From: a virus
Taxonomy: Duplodnaviria; Caudoviricetes
Reading direction: 5' to 3' (one strand)
DNA: 64,000 nt
IMG/VR virus record: IMGVR_UViG_3300027913_000117
Location: 5,750-69,749 of that record
Made by a program: the position numbers and the translations under genes. Within the stretch, counting starts at the first letter, position 1. Each line of letters starts with the position of its first letter. Shown piece after piece: positions 60,857 to 64,000 of the stretch. The notes under the pieces are model-generated. The model was not told the origin of the DNA. It did no database searches and saw only the letters and a list, made by a program, of their open reading frames with translations.

Positions 60857-61402
60857 TTAAAAAGCTAAGTGTGAATAAACATTATTGAGTTGTTCCATAT
60901 CTTTTTTGTGCCAGTGGGTTATTGTTTGAATACCGTCCTCTAGGGCTTCTTCTAATGAGAAAAATCCAGAACAATTATCTAAGCATTCGTTGGTTGTGTT
61001 GTCAAAGATATCAACGCGGTAAACCTCCCCGTTAAGATAGGCTGTGTATTCTTCGAGTACGTATTCAATAGAACTGTCAACATCACCGTAGTCGTTCGGA
61101 TCATTAACACAAGCGAATCCGACTTGTCCGCTATCCCAACGGTCACCGAAAGGTTTAGTACTTAGAGTCACACCTGAATGATCATACATATACACAGGTA
61201 CGACGTAGTTAAAATCTCGGTGTAGGTCTTCAACAAGTTCGCCCCAAGAATTATAATTTTCTTTGAAATAGTCTTTACAATTACCTAAGTTGTAACGTTT
61301 ATGAAACATTACAAACTTGATGTCTGAATCCTCGATTGGATTGAACGGATAATGGTCAATGTTCGCTTCAACGCGGTAATGACCGATAGTTTCGTGTAAC
61401 AT
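60857..61402 (-). CDS. hypothetical protein
   Basis: 181 aa; PVYMYDHSG..LST.PF.DRWDSGQVG...Y..YLNGEVY. Confidence 0.8.
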   Translation of the reverse strand: MLHETIGHYRVEANIDHYPFNPIEDSDIKFVMFHKRYNLGNCKDYFKENYNSWGELVEDLHRDFNYVVPVYMYDHSGVTLSTKPFGDRWDSGQVGFACVNDPNDYGDVDSSIEYVLEEYTAYLNGEVYRVDIFDNTTNECLDNCSGFFSLEEALEDGIQTITHWHKKDMEQLNNVYSHLAF

Positions 61403-61421
61403 AATTTTATTTTAATTTTTA

Positions 61422-61440
61422 GCGGGGGTCTCAGAACCCA
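61422..61440 (+). repeat. dispersed GCGGGGGTCTCAGAACCCA element at gene junction
   Basis: Contains the TGA stop of ORF 61431-61751. Confidence 0.9.
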
Positions 61441-61751
61441 CCATGTTTAAACATTTCATCAAATAACTCATTAGGTAACTGATACCCATAGTGTAAAGTA
61501 CTATGATAAAAGAACGGTCTATAATCTCCTTGCTCATCCATCATATCATCTGTCTCATAAAAGTCAGAGGTAAAAGCCACACGTTCGTCGGGGAACACTA
61601 CGACTACAAAATCTTCATCCCCATAAATAGGGTGTTCATAGAACTCAACACGTTGACCCATTTCGTTGGTCATTTCGTCATAAAGAGTTAGATTGTGATC
61701 CATCAATTTATGAAAGTATTTTTCTGCGGGTGACATTACTTTAATATTCAA
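61431..61751 (-). CDS. hypothetical acidic protein
   Basis: 106 aa; FYEHP.YGDE. Confidence 0.75.
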   Translation of the reverse strand: MNIKVMSPAEKYFHKLMDHNLTLYDEMTNEMGQRVEFYEHPIYGDEDFVVVVFPDERVAFTSDFYETDDMMDEQGDYRPFFYHSTLHYGYQLPNELFDEMFKHGGF

Positions 61752-62496
61752 TTACTTCTGTGATGTAGTCTACGCATTTTTCTGCTAAAAATACTGTATA
61801 ATTACCATTTTGATGAAAGGTTATGTAGTTCCTATCTACACAATACTTGTAAAACTGTCTATCGTTATGAATACAATGTTCTGTCTTATAATATATGATA
61901 TCGACTGGTTCGTTTGTATTTATATTTTCAATTCCAGAACAATGTTGACCTGTATATTTAATCAGTACTATAGAGCCTGTCTTTAATTTGTCGTAGTCGA
62001 TTTCTTTTTTCTTTTCGCCAAAGATTTTAGTAAGTACTGGCTTTTGATCTGATGTTGCTGCTGCGAACATTGTGTCAATTTCATCTTCGGTAAAAGTTAT
62101 CTCTTGTTCGTTGTTCATTCTGACTAGGTAGTTTGTTTTGATTTTCCTTTTCCATCCAACACATGCTACATTATGTATCTCTAATACATCTGTAATTGGT
62201 ACTGTTAATTTGTATCCCATAGTTTTTTCTGTTTGTTTTTCTGCTTTAATTCCACAATACTCTAAAAAGGTGTCTTGGTTCCACTCGTCAAAGGCTGTTC
62301 TACCATAGAAATTTTTTGAATCAAGACTAACATTGGAAACTAAGCCAACTTCTTCACCTACATTATTTACCAAGTATGGTGTATACACGAAGTTAGTAAT
62401 TTGATGCACTCTTAATCCGTTTTCTTCTAAAGTTGGTCTGATTGCTTCGAACTGCTCTTCCGTGCACTTCATAGCGATTGGTTTGATGTTTTTCAT
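61741..62496 (-). CDS. hypothetical protein, apparently multi-domain
   Basis: 251 aa; IAMKC..EQF N-terminal module. Confidence 0.75.
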   Translation of the reverse strand: MKNIKPIAMKCTEEQFEAIRPTLEENGLRVHQITNFVYTPYLVNNVGEEVGLVSNVSLDSKNFYGRTAFDEWNQDTFLEYCGIKAEKQTEKTMGYKLTVPITDVLEIHNVACVGWKRKIKTNYLVRMNNEQEITFTEDEIDTMFAAATSDQKPVLTKIFGEKKKEIDYDKLKTGSIVLIKYTGQHCSGIENINTNEPVDIIYYKTEHCIHNDRQFYKYCVDRNYITFHQNGNYTVFLAEKCVDYITEVIEY

Positions 62497-62524
62497 AATC
62501 GTTTATTTTAATTATTTATTTTGA

Positions 62525-62743
62525 TTACTTATCGTATTTACTTATGGTCATTATTGCGAACGCGATGAGTGTGCCAAAAACAAAAAAGATTGTTGTTGGG
62601 CCTGCTTGAATTAGTTGCTTGAAAGTTGCGTCACTAAACAAGGACACAAAAAAAACAAAAACAGCGATTACAATTGCAACCGCTAAAACCGATAACACAG
62701 CCATAGAAACGACTGTGAATGTGTGAAGAATAGTTTTATACAT
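62525..62743 (-). CDS. small two-TM membrane protein
   Basis: 72 aa, two long hydrophobic stretches. Confidence 0.7.
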   Translation of the reverse strand: MYKTILHTFTVVSMAVLSVLAVAIVIAVFVFFVSLFSDATFKQLIQAGPTTIFFVFGTLIAFAIMTISKYDK

Positions 62744-62755
62744 AATTTTTAATGT

Positions 62756-63004
62756 TTAAGCTAAAAGCCATTGTTGATAAATATAGTCATAAGGTACATT
62801 GATTACTTCTGACAGTCTTTTGAATAGTCGTTCACGAACTATTGAGTCATACACTCCAACATAGTCGTAAACGTCCCTGTAATTATCGAGTGTATCAAAT
62901 AGTCCCTCGAATGTAACGTCAGGATATATTTCGGTCCCGAGTTCGTCATTTGGGAAAGCAATGAGATAATATTCTCGGAGAGATTGTTCTAATTCTTTTT
63001 TCAT
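62756..63004 (-). CDS. hypothetical protein
   Basis: 82 aa; DSIVRERLF..LS......YDYIY..WL. Confidence 0.75.
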   Translation of the reverse strand: MKKELEQSLREYYLIAFPNDELGTEIYPDVTFEGLFDTLDNYRDVYDYVGVYDSIVRERLFKRLSEVINVPYDYIYQQWLLA

Positions 63005-63010
63005 AATTTA

Positions 63011-63027
63011 GTGGGGGTTTCAGAACC
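63011..63027 (+). repeat. dispersed GTGGGGGTTTCAGAACC element at gene junction
   Basis: Between TAG at 63027 and ATG at 63004. Confidence 0.85.
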
Positions 63028-63185
63028 TACCTAGATAAAAAATCAAATCCTCTATATCCTAATCTTACTAGGGATGTACATACACCATTAGAGGAACGAC
63101 CAGAACGTTTACGAGCATTCTCAATCCGTTGTTGTTTCTTTGCGTCAAATAATGACTTGTCTGTGGTTAAAATAATTTGAGCCAT
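63027..63185 (-). CDS. small basic hypothetical protein (52 aa, MAQIILTTDKSLFDAKK...)
   Basis: Manually translated, A-rich leader, below ORF-track length cutoff. Confidence 0.55.
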   Translation of the reverse strand: MAQIILTTDKSLFDAKKQQRIENARKRSGRSSNGVCTSLVRLGYRGFDFLSR

Positions 63186-63793
63186 AATATTTAGTTTTTA
63201 ATTGTTGTTAGTGGGATAGGGTGAATTCGCTTCATACATTCATAAAAATGTCCCTACCCCGATGGTAAAGTAGTTAGTGTAGTTGAGCCGTCAACTTTTA
63301 AGCATTGGACAAAGTGCACACTAATAAATAGAATTATCGGTATAAATATATACCGAAGTTGTGGTAATTTCGTAGCAGTATTTTGATAGTAAACGTGTTT
63401 GTCTAAAGGTGTAACGTTGCACCACCGCACACAAGTATTCACACGGAATAAATGTGCCTACCAAGGACGGGATTGATTATACCCGCCTCTCTCAAATAAA
63501 GAGGTTGCCCTGCTTGGCTAACAATTGCCCCATAATGCTCGCGTCGATTCGTCGAGACAGTTGTACGATGTACATCGGTGTGGACTGGCTATGTAGTTCT
63601 ACAAACTTGTAATGTAATTTACCGCCCCGAATTGATTAGGATTGATAACGTCGGAATAATTCCGCACTTCGCACAGCCATTGTGCTATTTACAGTTTATC
63701 GGTGTGTATGCACCGTGTGTATTGAGCCAAGTATTGAACGGCATAAGTTGGCTTAAAATATGCGGAAACAATACAGGGATAACCCCAAAAGTA

Positions 63794-63812
63794 GTGGGGG
63801 TCTCAGAACCCA
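63794..63812 (+). repeat. dispersed GTGGGGGTCTCAGAACCCA element in non-coding region
   Basis: 19/19 identical to 59773-59791. Confidence 0.9.
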
Positions 63813-64000
63813 ATACACTTAGCCCCCTATAAGTAAACAAATACAATATAAGGGTATCCAATATAAGCAATAAAGCTCATACGGGATAGTAATATAAAAT
63901 AATATATAAAATAATCCAAAAAGTCGGGATAGATAAGTATCCCAACAAATGGATTAAACACAAAAAAAGTCCATTTAAAAAATAGACTTTAATTTACTGA

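Noticed and set aside
2996-63185. Stop-codon reassignment (seen in some crAss-like phages)
   Set aside because: Genes are full length and tightly packed under code 11, TAG and TGA both terminate genes, and no suppressor tRNA was seen; the TAG at 34590 is followed by in-frame TAA.

Overview
A 64-kb segment of a lytic-type tailed dsDNA phage, most likely infecting Bacteroidota: many genes are preceded by the TTTG-N19-21-TAnnTTTG promoter consensus. Plus strand 2996-38330 is a virion module whose order and protein sizes match the crAss-like podovirus layout: portal, scaffold, major capsid, auxiliary capsid, ring proteins, 1402-aa muzzle/stabilization protein and ejection proteins. It continues with a 3262-aa polyvalent protein, tail fibres/lectin-like proteins, an endolysin candidate and a holin. 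Minus strand 38319-63185 carries TerL, a metallophosphoesterase, a u-spanin candidate, intein-containing class II RNR, MazG-like protein, family B polymerase, primase-helicase, serine recombinase, ThyX, a GH73 hydrolase and a long run of small hypothetical early genes. Most unusual features: (1) a minus-strand non-coding RNA locus (459-2914) with three non-canonical tRNA-shaped elements, two of which share the same D-loop hairpin insert, carry large cargo in place of the anticodon arm and have a covarying leader motif; the locus also holds a train of hairpins, a 166-nt rod-like RNA and one tRNA(CAT). (2) A dispersed, strand-biased GGGGTCTCAG(AACC) motif in more than 20 exact or near copies, occurring in all three reading frames, in terminators and at gene junctions. 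All family assignments come from motif recognition by eye; no searches were run.
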